This document shows, in pieces, positions 25,401 through 36,700 of a DNA stretch of 64,000 nucleotides (position 1 is the stretch's first letter; each line of letters begins with the position of its first letter). The stretch spans positions 1,860,001 to 1,924,000 of the forward strand of contig OZ287071.1 in NCBI GenBank assembly GCA_965645245.1, in the 5' to 3' direction. This DNA is from Massalongia carnosa (lineage: Eukaryota). The notes beneath the pieces are model-generated. The model was not told where the DNA came from. It did not search any database and saw only the letters and a list, made by a program, of their open reading frames with translations. Both the position numbers and the translations under genes were made by a program.

Positions 25401-26527
25401 TTATCGTGGACAGATTGACCAAACGTAGGTTGTACGAACCTATGGTGGATATAGGCACGAAGGACGTACTAGAAGTCCTCAAACGTCGGGTCTTTTCAAC
25501 ATACGGCTTGCCAAACTCCATCGTCCACGATCGCGGGACGCAATTGACAGCCCATCTGTGGAAGCGAATTTGTCAGCGATTAGGAGTCAAATCGAAACCG
25601 TCCTCCGCGCATCATCCAGAAACAGATGGTCAAACCGAAAATGCGAATAAGGTTATGAAGAACTACCTGAGAGCATACGTCAGACATGCTCAAGACGACT
25701 GGGTGGACTACTTACCAGATGCCGAATTTGCAGTCAATAATCATACGAACGCTTCAACCGGAATGTCCCCCTTCTTCGCTGATCACGGTTATCACCCTCG
25801 TAGTGGCTCGGAGCCGCCTCAGCCTTTTGACTCAAATGTCACCGGACGCGCGGAACTGATGTCGGCAGACAAAATAACCGCCCGACAAGAAGCCATGACC
25901 AAATGGCTTATCGAGCACCTAACCTGGGCACAGGCAGATCAGATGAGATATGCCAATGAGTCGCGGGCCCCACATCCAGACTACAAGATAGGAGACATGG
26001 TATATGTCAACACCAAAGATTTCTCCGTCGACAAGCAGAGTCGCTCCCTGAGTTCCAAAAACGCGGGGCCATGGAAAATCATCCGAAACATAGATAACAA
26101 GGCCTATGAATTGGAAATTCCCGAACACTTGAAAAGAGTGGGGCTCACACCCATATTTCATCCATGGAAACTTCATCTGGCTCCTACGAACCCATTCCCC
26201 GGTCAACTTATTGAACCGGGTCCCCCGATACTGATTCAAGAAGACGCCGAATCCAGTCCTCATGAAGAATATGAAGTCCTCGAAATCGTCGACTGCCGTG
26301 AAACTAAGAAATACGGCACTCAGTATAAAGCAACCTATATCGGCTCATGGGATGACTGGAACGCAAACCCACCTTGGCAGCCATGGACTGATTTCATTCG
26401 CGCCAAAGAAGAAATCAGAAAATTTCATACAGACAATAAAGGAAAACCCAACGCCCCAAAGGATGTCCTATTCATGAATAACAGTCAACCATCGACGTCC
26501 GGAGCCGCCGTCTCAGAGGAGGGGTAG
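22457..26527 (+). CDS. pol: Pol polyprotein PR-RT-RNase H-IN-chromodomain (1356 aa)
   Basis: IDNGS protease, YLDD RT, TDASD RNase H, HHCC + DDE integrase, C-terminal EYEVLEIVD..WQP chromodomain; -1 frame relative to gag. Confidence 0.95.
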   Translation: MIPDDSRHQECREVSLRVVRASVLSVDHLVPGKHLLFRCSIASNENQLMIDNGSEAQFLHESFARKRKLETIRLKKRDRVRLELGDGKVHQIIDKAVIVPVRIGDHEEKLFCYLADIGNHTLIIGDGWLQEHNPHIDWVERTMTFSNRCVSKGCAPRSHSVSKFESTILEKETTASAKNEAFENFDIQSLTPKRFMKLLRRSGHQTYCFYPREKLNKKLDRYEKKLLTASSINAVTSDDHEKFMKDKVEYTLEELKKRVPEAYHGEIEVFMRAKADELAPHRKEDHEINLMPGIEPPFIKNYRPMSEQELTAVRKYLDEHLAKGFIRPSSSKAAAPVLLVRKPGGGLRFCVDYRDLNNITEKSRYPIPLISETLAKLAKAKWFTKLDVIHAFNRMRIKEGQEWLTAFNTRYGQFEYLVMPFGLCNAPSTFQSYINNSLREYLDYFVTAYLDDVLVFSETETEHIEQVLKVLRRLKERGLQLDIDKCEFSVSEVKYLGMFVGVNGVRMDPEKVTAILEWKTPASVKEVQSFLGFANFYRRFIERFSEKVKCLTELTRGEQYVTKGGKRRTKYQDFVWTTECQQAFEDMKISFTSAPILAHYDPRLETWVETDASDFVVSGILSQMHEGVLKPVAYFSKKMSPAECNYEIYDKELLAIVESFVIWRPELAGVEQSTKVYSDHKNLETFMTLKQLNRRQVRWAEMLAEYNFRIMYRPGKQGGKPDALTRREQDLPMDAEDDRTRYQYQVLLKENQLDDEVKQDLKLYVTTRSMANRERVEENITTDSSDQIRDEEVEDLTVEEFTINSNDDSDAEKPDELLENLLAEAYQEDAMIQEVMKAKLENLKKLPDKILSNGLRLAMGDLEVRHERLYYKTRLFIPNFDKLKLRLLSDHHNPPMQGHPGYRGMYAKMLENYFWMSMKDDCRRYATNCSTCRRSKAYNDQKQGLLAPLPIPQRKWTDLSLDFVVKLPKCHRRGRTYENILVIVDRLTKRRLYEPMVDIGTKDVLEVLKRRVFSTYGLPNSIVHDRGTQLTAHLWKRICQRLGVKSKPSSAHHPETDGQTENANKVMKNYLRAYVRHAQDDWVDYLPDAEFAVNNHTNASTGMSPFFADHGYHPRSGSEPPQPFDSNVTGRAELMSADKITARQEAMTKWLIEHLTWAQADQMRYANESRAPHPDYKIGDMVYVNTKDFSVDKQSRSLSSKNAGPWKIIRNIDNKAYELEIPEHLKRVGLTPIFHPWKLHLAPTNPFPGQLIEPGPPILIQEDAESSPHEEYEVLEIVDCRETKKYGTQYKATYIGSWDDWNANPPWQPWTDFIRAKEEIRKFHTDNKGKPNAPKDVLFMNNSQPSTSGAAVSEEG

Positions 26528-29144
26528 TGTCAGGGTCCTGAGGTCACCTGACATCAGACTAGCATCGATTAGGTAATGTGCCGAGGAACCGACTTTTCAG
26601 GGGTTATATAGAACTCCGCCCGAGTAAAGCTTTTAGACTTCGTCTGAAGATTTTGGTGTAGAACTAGGCTATTGAAATTGAACTCGTTTTATCCCTCACA
26701 AACCGTTACATTAGTCAAATCCTCAACACTCATGCTTTCTTCTTCTTCCAAATCTACGTGTAAACTTGTATCTGCATTCTCCTTCTGATCGTAAAAACGA
26801 ACCATTATCATCGCGGAGAATGTATCCGGATGAAAATTCTTGCGATAATCGTAAAGGGCTCCCGCAACGCTAAAAACGCGCTCACATCCAACGCCAGCGG
26901 CTGGTACAGCAAGGATGTCCCTTGCAACCATACTCATTTGTGGAAATAACGGCTCGAGATCTTTCTACCGTTGTAGAATAGGACCCGAACGATCACGTAT
27001 CGCTATGTATTGTAAATAAGTTGAACACAATGAGAAAAGACCCGATTTATTGTATCAGTTAACCTACCTCGCTGACGATAGCAGTTGAACTCGTCATCTA
27101 GAGCGAGCGGAGTAGCATCATTCGTACTCAGAAGAAGATCCAGATTATTCAAGTCTCGAATGACCGCGACATTACGCCCGCGTACTTGTGAGGTTTGAGA
27201 ATTCTCGTAGATATTAAATTCCGCTTCCAGAGATTACCAATATTGATCTTCCCATCGACTTTCCTATAGGGCGCATCCCAATTGGGACGCTTGAAAATTA
27301 GGTCCTTCTTATTAGAAGATAGCAATACCGCCTTTCTATATAGATAACCTAATGACCCCTGAGTTTTAGAATATTATTGACGTAATTTCGTTGCAGCCGC
27401 CTCGATGCCATTCAATAGCGCACGTTTCCACGATACTCGCTTACGAGATAATCTTGCGCGAGCTTAATCCAGATGAGCTAATAGCTTATTGTAGATCTCG
27501 AACACCTGATGAATGGTCGGTTATTTTGATTGACCAATCATCTTTGTGAAGACGCAGAATAGCTTCGTTAAATCGATAAGATATTCTATCTGTGACCATT
27601 CCACGTCGAGCAATCTCAAATACTCGGCCTCATGTTTATCATGATATCTATTCAGCGCTTGTCGCAACTTGAGCGCTCGAATTAACATGTGACATGTGGA
27701 GTCCCATCGAGTTTTTATATCTTGAAAAAGCTTAAGTACTGTACTGCTGACCGAGTTTCCAGTGCGTCTCTCTTCGTTATTCCATGCTCGTTGAATAACG
27801 TAGAAGTTCTCCTTACTTAAATTGCTACTGTTAATGTAAACAGCTAATGCTTGAACCTAATCGAAATTTAGAACGACTACTACAACGACTACCATAAAAT
27901 AAATCTTGCCTTAGCTAGCGAAAGGGGAACTCTAGGTGTCGGGTTTTCGAAATCCCGTCTATCTTGCTTATCATCCCAGCTAGTTTTCAAATCGGCATTT
28001 TTGGGATTAATGTGAATACACCTAAGTAGCTGTTTCACGGCAAGTTGAATTACATGTGATAAACAAGACACTCGCTGTATCTCATTAGCATCAGTGTGTA
28101 GAAGTGCCAAGGCTCGATTGCTTCGTACCATTCGTCGCAACTCATCTACTATCGTTATGTTATTAGATGCACTGTCCGTGGTTAATGCCAAAACACGATC
28201 TTCAATAAAATGTCTAATTAAAACGCTGTTCAATACTTCAGCAAGTTATATTCCCGTGTGTGAGCCTTCAACGTGTTCGAAGGCAAGAAGCACTTCGTGA
28301 TAATTCCATTTATCGTCAATAAAGTAAGCATTGATTGCCAGATAACCTTAACGATTAAATGACGACCAACAATCCAAAGCCAGAGAGACCTTTAAACTAC
28401 CCCTAGGTAGCCTCTCGAGTAAAAGCGGAATAATCTCTTGACTTCGGGTCATCAAGCGTTTCTTGATTGTCGATGGTGAAGGAAACTGTACATTATCGAG
28501 CAGACAGTTGAACGCTCTTTGCAATTCGACATTGGCGACATTTCGTAACGGTAGCCCAAGAGCAACAATCATACGAAGCAATTGAGGCTTGAAATTATCC
28601 TTTTTTAGTCTACGCCTGTTGAGAGTTAAGGCCTCTTGTCTTTTTACTCCAATCTAATATTGATTAGCAAAGCACGTAATGTGGTAGTCATTGTGGTAGT
28701 CATACTTCGGCACGATATCCAACCTTTAAGGAAAGTTGCTTTATTCCTTTCAATGTCGACGTCTTTTTACAGGACTCGGACTTTAAGTCATTAGTCATGC
28801 AGTTATTTCCGGAGCCCAGTGAGGGATGAGTCAAGACTAGGGAGCATCGCGAGCAGATTATTTTGGGATTACAATCGCCCACAGTGGCGCCTTCCTGAAA
28901 CTCTTTCCATTCCGCCGCCTTTCTTTTGGTCGATTCCCAATCGATCTTCTTCATCGCCTTTCTACTCTTCTCTTCATTAGCAAAATGCCATCTCGTACTT
29001 CGCCACCATTCCATAAACTCGTTGCTCTTCTCGGCCACATATGCGTAGCATCTGGTGGGTTTGCTCATATCTCGAAGATCATATATCTCTGAATCTATTA
29101 TCTGCGAGCTGCTGATTGTTGCGAATGACGAGGATTGTATATAT

Positions 29145-29278
29145 AGGAATGTATATATAGAATGTAGCAGTAGGAATGTAGCAGTAGGAATATAGCAGTA
29201 GGAATGTAGCAGTAGGAATGTAGCAGTAGGAATGTAGCAGTAGGAATGTAGCAGTAGGAATGTAGCAGTAGGAATGTA
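29145..29278. repeat. 14-bp minisatellite (TAGGAATGTAGCAG)n, ~9 copies, in the hAT 5' region
   Basis: Directly visible tandem repeat. Confidence 0.92.
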
Positions 29279-30642
29279 ACTTTATTGACTAGATTATGCT
29301 GCGATAAAGCATTAATAACTACGTTTACGTTCTAAAAACTCAGTCAAATCCAACGCATGCATATATATTCCACCTAAACTAGCCAACCCAACCTAGTCAT
29401 ACTGAACCTAACCATACCCAACCTAACCTAGTTGCCACGCGCGGCTACTGATAACCTGTCTGCTTGCCTATTTGCTTTTAGATATGGCACCGAAGACTCC
29501 ACGCAAGCGTACGCGCAAACCTGCGCGAATTCCAAACCGAACACTCGACAGAATACCCGGGTCGGGTGCCAGAACTGGTGCGACAAGAAAACCAACCACA
29601 AGGAAGAGTATGCCTGGTGGTAAGTAGATGGTATAGTTGAGAATACATAAGATACTAACGCCGATTGCCACGTTGATAAGTCAAATTTATTGATTACCAT
29701 TACTAAGCATGTGATTTGGGTAACCCAATGAAAACCCAACCCGAACCTAACCCAACCCAACAATAACCCAACCCGAACCCAACCCATCATTGGGATAGGT
29801 TCTTTACGTGAGAACCTAACCCAACCTAACCCATTCCGCGGCGTACTGCCAGCCCTCGGGGGTGGACACGAACTGAATAAATCGTTGTTGACTGACTGAT
29901 GGGTCTGTTGACGGTGATCCGGACGACTGCATAGAGTTAGCCTGAGGCGGAATAAACGCACTGCTCGCCCGATATGCCTCAAATATTGAAGACGTGACCA
30001 TTTCAGGGAATGGCAAGGCATCAACCGGTGGTGCAGCTGGTAGGGCTGATGATAACGACGGAGATGCTGACGGTGCTAGTGCTGACGCTGAATGATTAGA
30101 TAGGCCGGGCCAGTCAAATAGAGTAGAAAAATATGAAGCCGGAGGTGCAGGTAGTGTCTAGCGCGTACGTTTTGCACGTCTAGCCCGTGCGTGCCTAGCT
30201 CGGTTTGACTGCCATGGCCCTGACCTACATGGAGGTAGAAACGACCTCACCCGATTGGCTGACACGGTGGCACTAGCTGATGACCGTGCGAGAATTTCTT
30301 TCACTTTTGTCAGCAACTCGGTCAAAATTTCTCGACCCACGATAGTGTGCAGCAGTATTTTCGTGTTATCAGCACCTGCTAGGTGATTTAGGGCTTCCGA
30401 AAGGGGAAGGCTGGATAGTCGACACATAGGAACTATCCAGGTAGAGGCCTGCAAATATAAAAACGCTAGTGCTCGACGAGAGATAGATGATTGAATTAGC
30501 GGCAAAGTAGACAGATATTTATCGACATCTTGTAAGTGGTCAAGTCTAACAGCGTGACTACTAAATAGATTCGTGATGAATGTACGAATAGAGAGTGGTA
30601 AATCAATAAATTGAGATCACATTTACTATCACATTATTATAT

Positions 30643-30764
30643 ATCGGTCCTCCTACTTCTACACCATCGGTCCTCCTCCTTCTACACCATCGGTCCTCCT
30701 CCTTCTACACCATCGGTCCTCCTCCTTCTATACCATCGGTCCTCCTTCTACACCATCGGTCCTC
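30643..30764. repeat. 23-bp tandem repeat ATCGGTCCTCCTCCTTCTACACC, ~5.4 copies
   Basis: Units start at 30643, 30666, 30689, 30712, 30735, 30755. Confidence 0.93.
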
Positions 30765-30941
30765 ACCACGGAGACGCCAAAGGCCTCACCGTGGAGCGAC
30801 CGACAAACATAGATTTGCTCCTATCTTTTCGCATCAAAACAATGCTAATTTAACGCGTTCATACGCGTCGCAGACGTACGTACGGAAAAGGATACGAAGG
30901 CCAACCACCGGGGGGTAGAATGCGCGCGTCCCTGCACCATG

Positions 30942-31101
30942 CTTCTAAGGGTTCAAGTCCCTTCATGCAGTCATCAGCTGGAAGAAGATGTGGACTAAAG
31001 GAGCCGCATCATCCCCCACCCGGGCACAATCGACACGCGTTCTAGCTCCTGAGAGTTCAAGTCTCCCCATGCAGTCATCAGCTGGGATCAACAGAACGCG
31101 T
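30942..31101 (+). ncRNA. Candidate structured RNA motif, copies 1 (30942-30984) and 2 (31047-31087)
   Basis: P1-[NNRG-TTCAAGT-CYNN]-N4-GCAGTCATCAGC-P1' with different but complementary P1 strands in each copy. Confidence 0.7.
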
Positions 31102-32281
31102 AAAGGCACCGGGGCGAATGCTGTCACCTCAAGAAAACTCCATCTCGGAGCAGAATAACAATATCCCATTGAGTTCATTGAATCAACCATCGACGCCTGA
31201 ACAACAAGAAACACAAGTACCGCAACTTTTGATACACTATAACTTTAACAATCAATTGAGCCTCTATTTCTCAGTCATTTGCGCTCCTCCAGAGTTAAAA
31301 CGCTCTCAGATTGAGTGTAGGAGAGCTCTAGCAAAGCTCCAGCAGAGATTTTCTGCTGGTCGCACGCGACCGACGTGATAAAGCGCGCTCTAGAAGTTGG
31401 AAAAAACAACAAATACCAACAACCTCACCAAAAATCGCTCTTTTTTCTTGTTTTCTTCTGTTCTGTTGTCGCATGACCTTCAATTATCACTATAAAAATT
31501 ATCTACAAAAATTATCTACTCTCGCGGGACTGTACAACAACTGTCGCGACGTCAGAGTCTTCTAAAGTTCATTCCTCATTTAAGGTTACGGGAACTTCCG
31601 CAAGCACAAATTTTCATAGCATATTTCACGTATAAATTTTGCACATTCCATTTTCGGCTTTATAGATCTTCGTTGAACGGCCGGTCAACAGATCACTGAA
31701 AAGAAGGGGAAAAACGTCTGGAATAGGATTATACCAAAGGTCCTGTTTCAGATTAATCAGAATAGGAAGTCTCCTATTGTCTTACATTGCATTAAAATTT
31801 ATCTTTATTGAAAAAAGCAAAAAAAAACTTTCATTATTTTCACCTATTGTAATGTCTGGTAAAGGGTTAAATAAGACTTACTGCCTTAGCGAGGAACGGT
31901 CTATTTTAACCCGATTAGGATTTATTTGACGCGTTATAGTCAAATAAATAGGGATAGGAAAGAAAGAGTCATTTGACCAGTAAACAAACAGGTGTAAATT
32001 CTATTCTGACTAGTACGTCCGGGGAAAGTCAGAATAAATTATTTGGTGGCGATAAAAGGGATATTGCAAAGGCAAAAACACTATGCTCAATCGAAGATTT
32101 AACCCGATAGGTCATAGACCAAATCGATTGATACCAACAACTCCTCCCCCAGGCCCCCCTCCACAACATCTATGGGTCCCCCCGAGTACTCCCCCGTGCC
32201 CCCCCCCGAACCGACTCCCCTACGCCATCTTCGGTAGCGATAATTGGGAGCAACCCCCTAACCGTAGAATCCACGGAGGCC

Positions 32282-33742
32282 ATGGACCAAACGCGAGAAT
32301 TTTCGTCCGCACCGTCCACACCCACCCCAAAAACGAAACCTTTTGTCGCGCCATCTGGTGAATTCAGTACCAATCTGCCCATGCCATCATTGAATTCTGA
32401 TATTCGACTGAGTCCACCAATTAAACGCAACAAAAGACGAACATTTGACGAACATTCGATTGAGAGTCAAGAAGTCATCAATCGATCAAAATCGATTCAA
32501 CTATTGAATACGGCAAAAAATGCATTATTAGAGTCATTCGTAATAGATCAAAACCACGAAACGGCTATGGTCATCGATCACGTCAATTCTCTACTGGCAA
32601 AGAAATCGATCAAGCCAAAAGCAACGTTAGAAATGATGGATTGGAAATTGAATAGGGTGCTAGAACAAACTAGCCAAATTCCAGAAACAAAGAGACAATC
32701 GGTGCATCCTATACAGACAAAATCGAAGGGAAATTCAAATGGAAATTCGAATTTGACTAAAAACGTCAACCCAGAAATTCGGAGCGAAACCGCCGGAGTC
32801 CCAGGGCCGCAGGTCAACGATACAGCTAGAACATGGAGCCAAATGCTCGGAAAAGCGACTGTCAATTCCGAAAATTGGACTACCGTTCCTCGATCCAAAA
32901 AAACAAACAAGAACAACAACAATAATTCGAATGCGAACAAATTCGATAATACTGACGATTTCAAGGCGATCAAATCTCGACGATTGATAATCACACCGAA
33001 AGCTCAAATCGGCGATATCGATTCACTGTTGCTTCGAAACCAAATCAATTCGCTTTTTAAAGACGCGAAATTGACTATCGTTGTTAACACGGTCGAAAAG
33101 TCCAAAACGGGTCAAAACATCGTTCTGACTACTAGTCCTGATAACACTGCTGAAGATTTATTGAACAATAAATCAATATGGGAGCATTTATTCGACCCAC
33201 GAACAGTTCGAAAGGACGAATCGTGGTTCAAAGTCGTCGCACACGGTGTAAATATTGCAACATTTGATGAAAACATGCAATATTTGCAAGACGAAATTCA
33301 AAAGTTCAATTCGAACATGCAATTATGCGATGTTCCCAGATGGCTAGCACGTGATCGTCATAACAAGATCAAATCATCCGTTGTTTTGACATTCAATGAT
33401 CGAAATATGGCCTTGAACGCGTTAAAAGGAGTCAATATCGCGGGCCGACATTGTGACACGGAAATATTTACCTCCGTTCGTCCAAACACACAATGCATTA
33501 ATTGTCAAAAATTTGGACACAAGCATTATCAATGCAAAAGTCAAGCGAAATGCAGCATATGTGCGCAAAACCATGAAACACGCAATCATGAATGCACAAC
33601 ATGCAAGTCAAAAATTGCTTGTGCACACGCCGTCGTCAAATGCGCGAATTGCAACAAGAATCATCAATCCAATGATGAAAATTGTGAAATGGTTATATCG
33701 TTAAATGTTCGAAAATCGACTGACGAATTAGCCGCTTTGTAA
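32282..33742 (+). CDS. LINE ORF1 (Gag-like, three C-terminal Cys/His knuckles)
   Basis: CINCQKFGHKHYQC, CSICAQNHETRNHEC, CANCNKNH..C. Confidence 0.92.
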   Translation: MDQTREFSSAPSTPTPKTKPFVAPSGEFSTNLPMPSLNSDIRLSPPIKRNKRRTFDEHSIESQEVINRSKSIQLLNTAKNALLESFVIDQNHETAMVIDHVNSLLAKKSIKPKATLEMMDWKLNRVLEQTSQIPETKRQSVHPIQTKSKGNSNGNSNLTKNVNPEIRSETAGVPGPQVNDTARTWSQMLGKATVNSENWTTVPRSKKTNKNNNNNSNANKFDNTDDFKAIKSRRLIITPKAQIGDIDSLLLRNQINSLFKDAKLTIVVNTVEKSKTGQNIVLTTSPDNTAEDLLNNKSIWEHLFDPRTVRKDESWFKVVAHGVNIATFDENMQYLQDEIQKFNSNMQLCDVPRWLARDRHNKIKSSVVLTFNDRNMALNALKGVNIAGRHCDTEIFTSVRPNTQCINCQKFGHKHYQCKSQAKCSICAQNHETRNHECTTCKSKIACAHAVVKCANCNKNHQSNDENCEMVISLNVRKSTDELAAL

Positions 33743-36700
33743 TGGCAGGACAGCATTCGTTGACAAACATCGAAAATACACAAAATGTTAAATTTATTCA
33801 ACATAATTGTGCAAAGTCAACGAATGCAATGATATCGTGTTTGGAATATGCTTTATCAAATCAAATTGATATTGTTTTGTTTCAGGAACCATGGACACGA
33901 GATCAAAAAACAATATCACATCCGTCATTTACATGTATTATGCCAAAAATAGCGACTTATCGCTCGAGAGTAGCTATATTTGTCACAAATGGCAATTCCA
34001 AACTGCAATGCACGCCTAGAACGGATCTTATTGACGATTCCGATATGCAAATTATTGAAATTACACTTGATGAAGTTCGAAAAGTGAAGATTTTCAATAT
34101 TTATAACGAAAAAAGTCAAAGTGATCGAGAAACATACACGATCGATCGACTTTTAATCCAATTACAACCAAAATCAACTGATCAATTCGTCATCTGTGGA
34201 GATTTCAATGCACATCATAACTGGTGGAATTCGAAAATTCAACAAGCAATTCGATCAGAAAATCTTGTCAAATGGTTGAAATTAAACAGGTGTAGCTTGA
34301 TAAACACACCTGACTTATGTACATACTACGCCCATTCTGGAAGTTCTTCATCTGTTATTGATTTAACTTTTGCAAATTCTAAAATCGAAAATGCAATTAC
34401 AAATTGGTCAATCGATGAAAACGCAGTCATAGGTTCTGATCATGAAGTCATCCGATTTGAACTAATCGCATCTTTCAAAAACTTGACGTCACATGCAACC
34501 TCATTATCGAATAAATACAATTGCAATAAAGCTGATTGGAATAAATTCGCGAAGTATCTAGACGAAAATTCAACCATCTACGAATCACAAGTTCAAAGTT
34601 TATTGAATAATCATCAATTCGACGAATCAGCGATATATTTGCAAAACGTTATCAAAAACGCGGCTGAAATGTTTATTCCGAAAACGAAAATTTGTGCAAA
34701 ATCGAAAAATTGGTGGTCGCATGATTTAACTGAACTTCGAAAAACCATGTGCAGACATCGTCGAGAATGGAAGAATTATCCGTCCGATTTTAGTCATCGG
34801 ACGTTTAAACATAGTCGAATCGAGTATTTTCATGCAATTCGAAAAGCAAAACAACAAACATGGTTGACTTTTCTTGAAAATGCAGCAAATAAAGATGTAT
34901 TTACCGCGTATAAATACACTACACCGCGAATATTCGAAAAAATACCGCCGATTCTACATGAAAACAAGCTAAATGTTCAGTTTGATGACAAATGCGATGC
35001 ATTTGTGTCAGCAATGTATACAAAAAACCCATTTATTGACGATAATGAGGAAGATTTATCAAATCAAGACAGCGTAAATGATGATAATTGGCCAGATTTG
35101 ACCGAAAACGAGTTGAAAAATGCGATTAGTTTATTTAATCCGAAGAAAGCATGTGGACCTGATGCAATCAATTTTACAATTGTTCAAAAATCGTTTCAAT
35201 CGTTGAAAAACGTGTTTTTCATGATTTATTCGAAATTCATTCGAATCGGTTATCACCCGTTATGCTGGCGGACAGGACTCGGTGCAGTTCTGAAAAAACC
35301 TAATAAATCAGACTATTCGTTTCCAAAATCATATCGAATTATCACATTATTAAATTGTCTTGGTAAAATTGCTGAGAAAATCGTTGCAAATCGACTAGCC
35401 TACTTCGGCGAAAATTCGAATTTACTCGATATCGAACAGATGGGCGGACGCAAAAATCATTCTGCAATTGACGCAGTAATGAACGTTGTTCATGATATTG
35501 AAATTGCAAATAGAAATAAAAACGTCTTATCATGTTTATTACTCGATGTCAAAGGCGCATTTGACTTTGTCTCGATTAATCAACTGCTAAATGTTATGAA
35601 AAAGCTGAAATTATCTCGCATAATAATTCAATGGGTCAAGCATTTCTTGACAAAGCGATCGATCAATTTGATATTTGATGAAAATTTAAGCAAAACATAT
35701 TATGTCGAATCAGGAATTCCACAAGGCTCACCAATCTCGCCTATTCTATTTCTGATTTACATTCGTCACTTGTTTCCGAAAATACGAATGAAATTCAATG
35801 CACATTCTCCCAGTTTTATTGACGATGTTGCAATATATGTCGAAAATAAAACTGCAAAACAGAATTGCAATGAAATCGAAATCATAGTCAAAACGGCCTT
35901 TGATTGGGCCGCATCGAATAATGTCAAATTTGATGACGATAAATCCGAGCTGATTCACTTCGAAAAGACAAGAAATGTATCGAAAGACACATTGGAATTA
36001 CCAAACGGGACAGTACTAGAACCGAAAAATGTAGTCAAATGGTTGGGCGTCTGGTTAGACCGAAAACTAAATTTCAAAAAACACGTCGAAACGCGGATCT
36101 CTTCTGCGAATCGATCGTTTTTTGCAATTCAGAATTTGATGAAATCCGAATGGGGTCTGAAACCGACCGCATGCAGACAGCTCTATATGTCATGCATTAT
36201 TCCTATTTCGGACTACGGCTCAGAAATTTGGTATAATGGTCAAAAGAAATATGAAAAACTATTTCAGAACCTACAAAATCGAATGATTCGAAAGATTTTA
36301 GGAACTTTCAAAACTACACCTGTTCAGGCGATGGAAATTGAATCACATGTTTTACCAGTTAAACTTCGATTATTAATGAAAAATCAAAAATACGCAATTC
36401 GATTATTGAAGATTGCCGAAAATAACCCTATTTGTCAAAGAATTCCAAACACATATTCGATAAAATTCGAAAATATCGGTTTTGACACAAGTTTATGGAA
36501 CAACAAATATGCCGAATGGAACGAAGACGAAAAACAAACAAATAAACGACATCCTAGTCAGCTTATTCGCGTTCTTCATTCCGTTTCCGATATAGTTCAC
36601 AAAACTGATGAATTTGAACAATCAAATCATTTTATTAAACCTTGGAAATCGCATTGCAAAATCAAATTTCAAATCGAAAATACAAAGGAATCTGCTAAAT

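Larger units (their letters stand above)
20650..26700 (+). mobile_element. Intact Ty3/Gypsy chromovirus
   Basis: Identical 173-bp LTRs (20650-20822, 26528-26700), TSD AACCG, purine tract before the 3' LTR, uninterrupted gag and pol. Confidence 0.97.
20484..26710. mobile_element. ~171-bp solo LTR (20484-20649 + 26706-26710) split by the intact chromovirus
   Basis: TG..CA termini and TSD TTAGT (20479-83, 26711-15); its removal restores the hAT reading frame. Confidence 0.82.
19945..29068 (-). pseudogene. hAT transposase, interrupted and degenerate
   Basis: Removing 20484-26715 rejoins EDLTN|EMQRRHEDLTQVFQKVYISDEED; many stops and frameshifts; acidic tail to ~19945 probably follows an intron. 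Confidence 0.75.
19257..29845 (-). mobile_element. hAT (Restless-like) DNA transposon, degenerate, containing nested LTR insertions
   Basis: 13-bp TIR TACGCCGCGGAAT at both ends plus subterminal GGGTT/AACCC arrays. Transposase fragments on the minus strand: LALDCWS, LTTDSASNN, CLSHVIQLAV, TRWDST, dimerization motif ARDILAVPAAGVGCERVFS. Confidence 0.88.

Noticed and set aside
30942..30984. tRNA gene, from the GGTTCAAGTCC T-arm/B-box
   Set aside because: No D arm, anticodon arm or acceptor stem; the conserved 3' GCAGTCATCRGC is not tRNA-like.
30961..30984. Hammerhead ribozyme on the minus strand (CTGATGA core)
   Set aside because: No stem II-GAAA-stem III arrangement, and the G-U pairs favour the plus strand.
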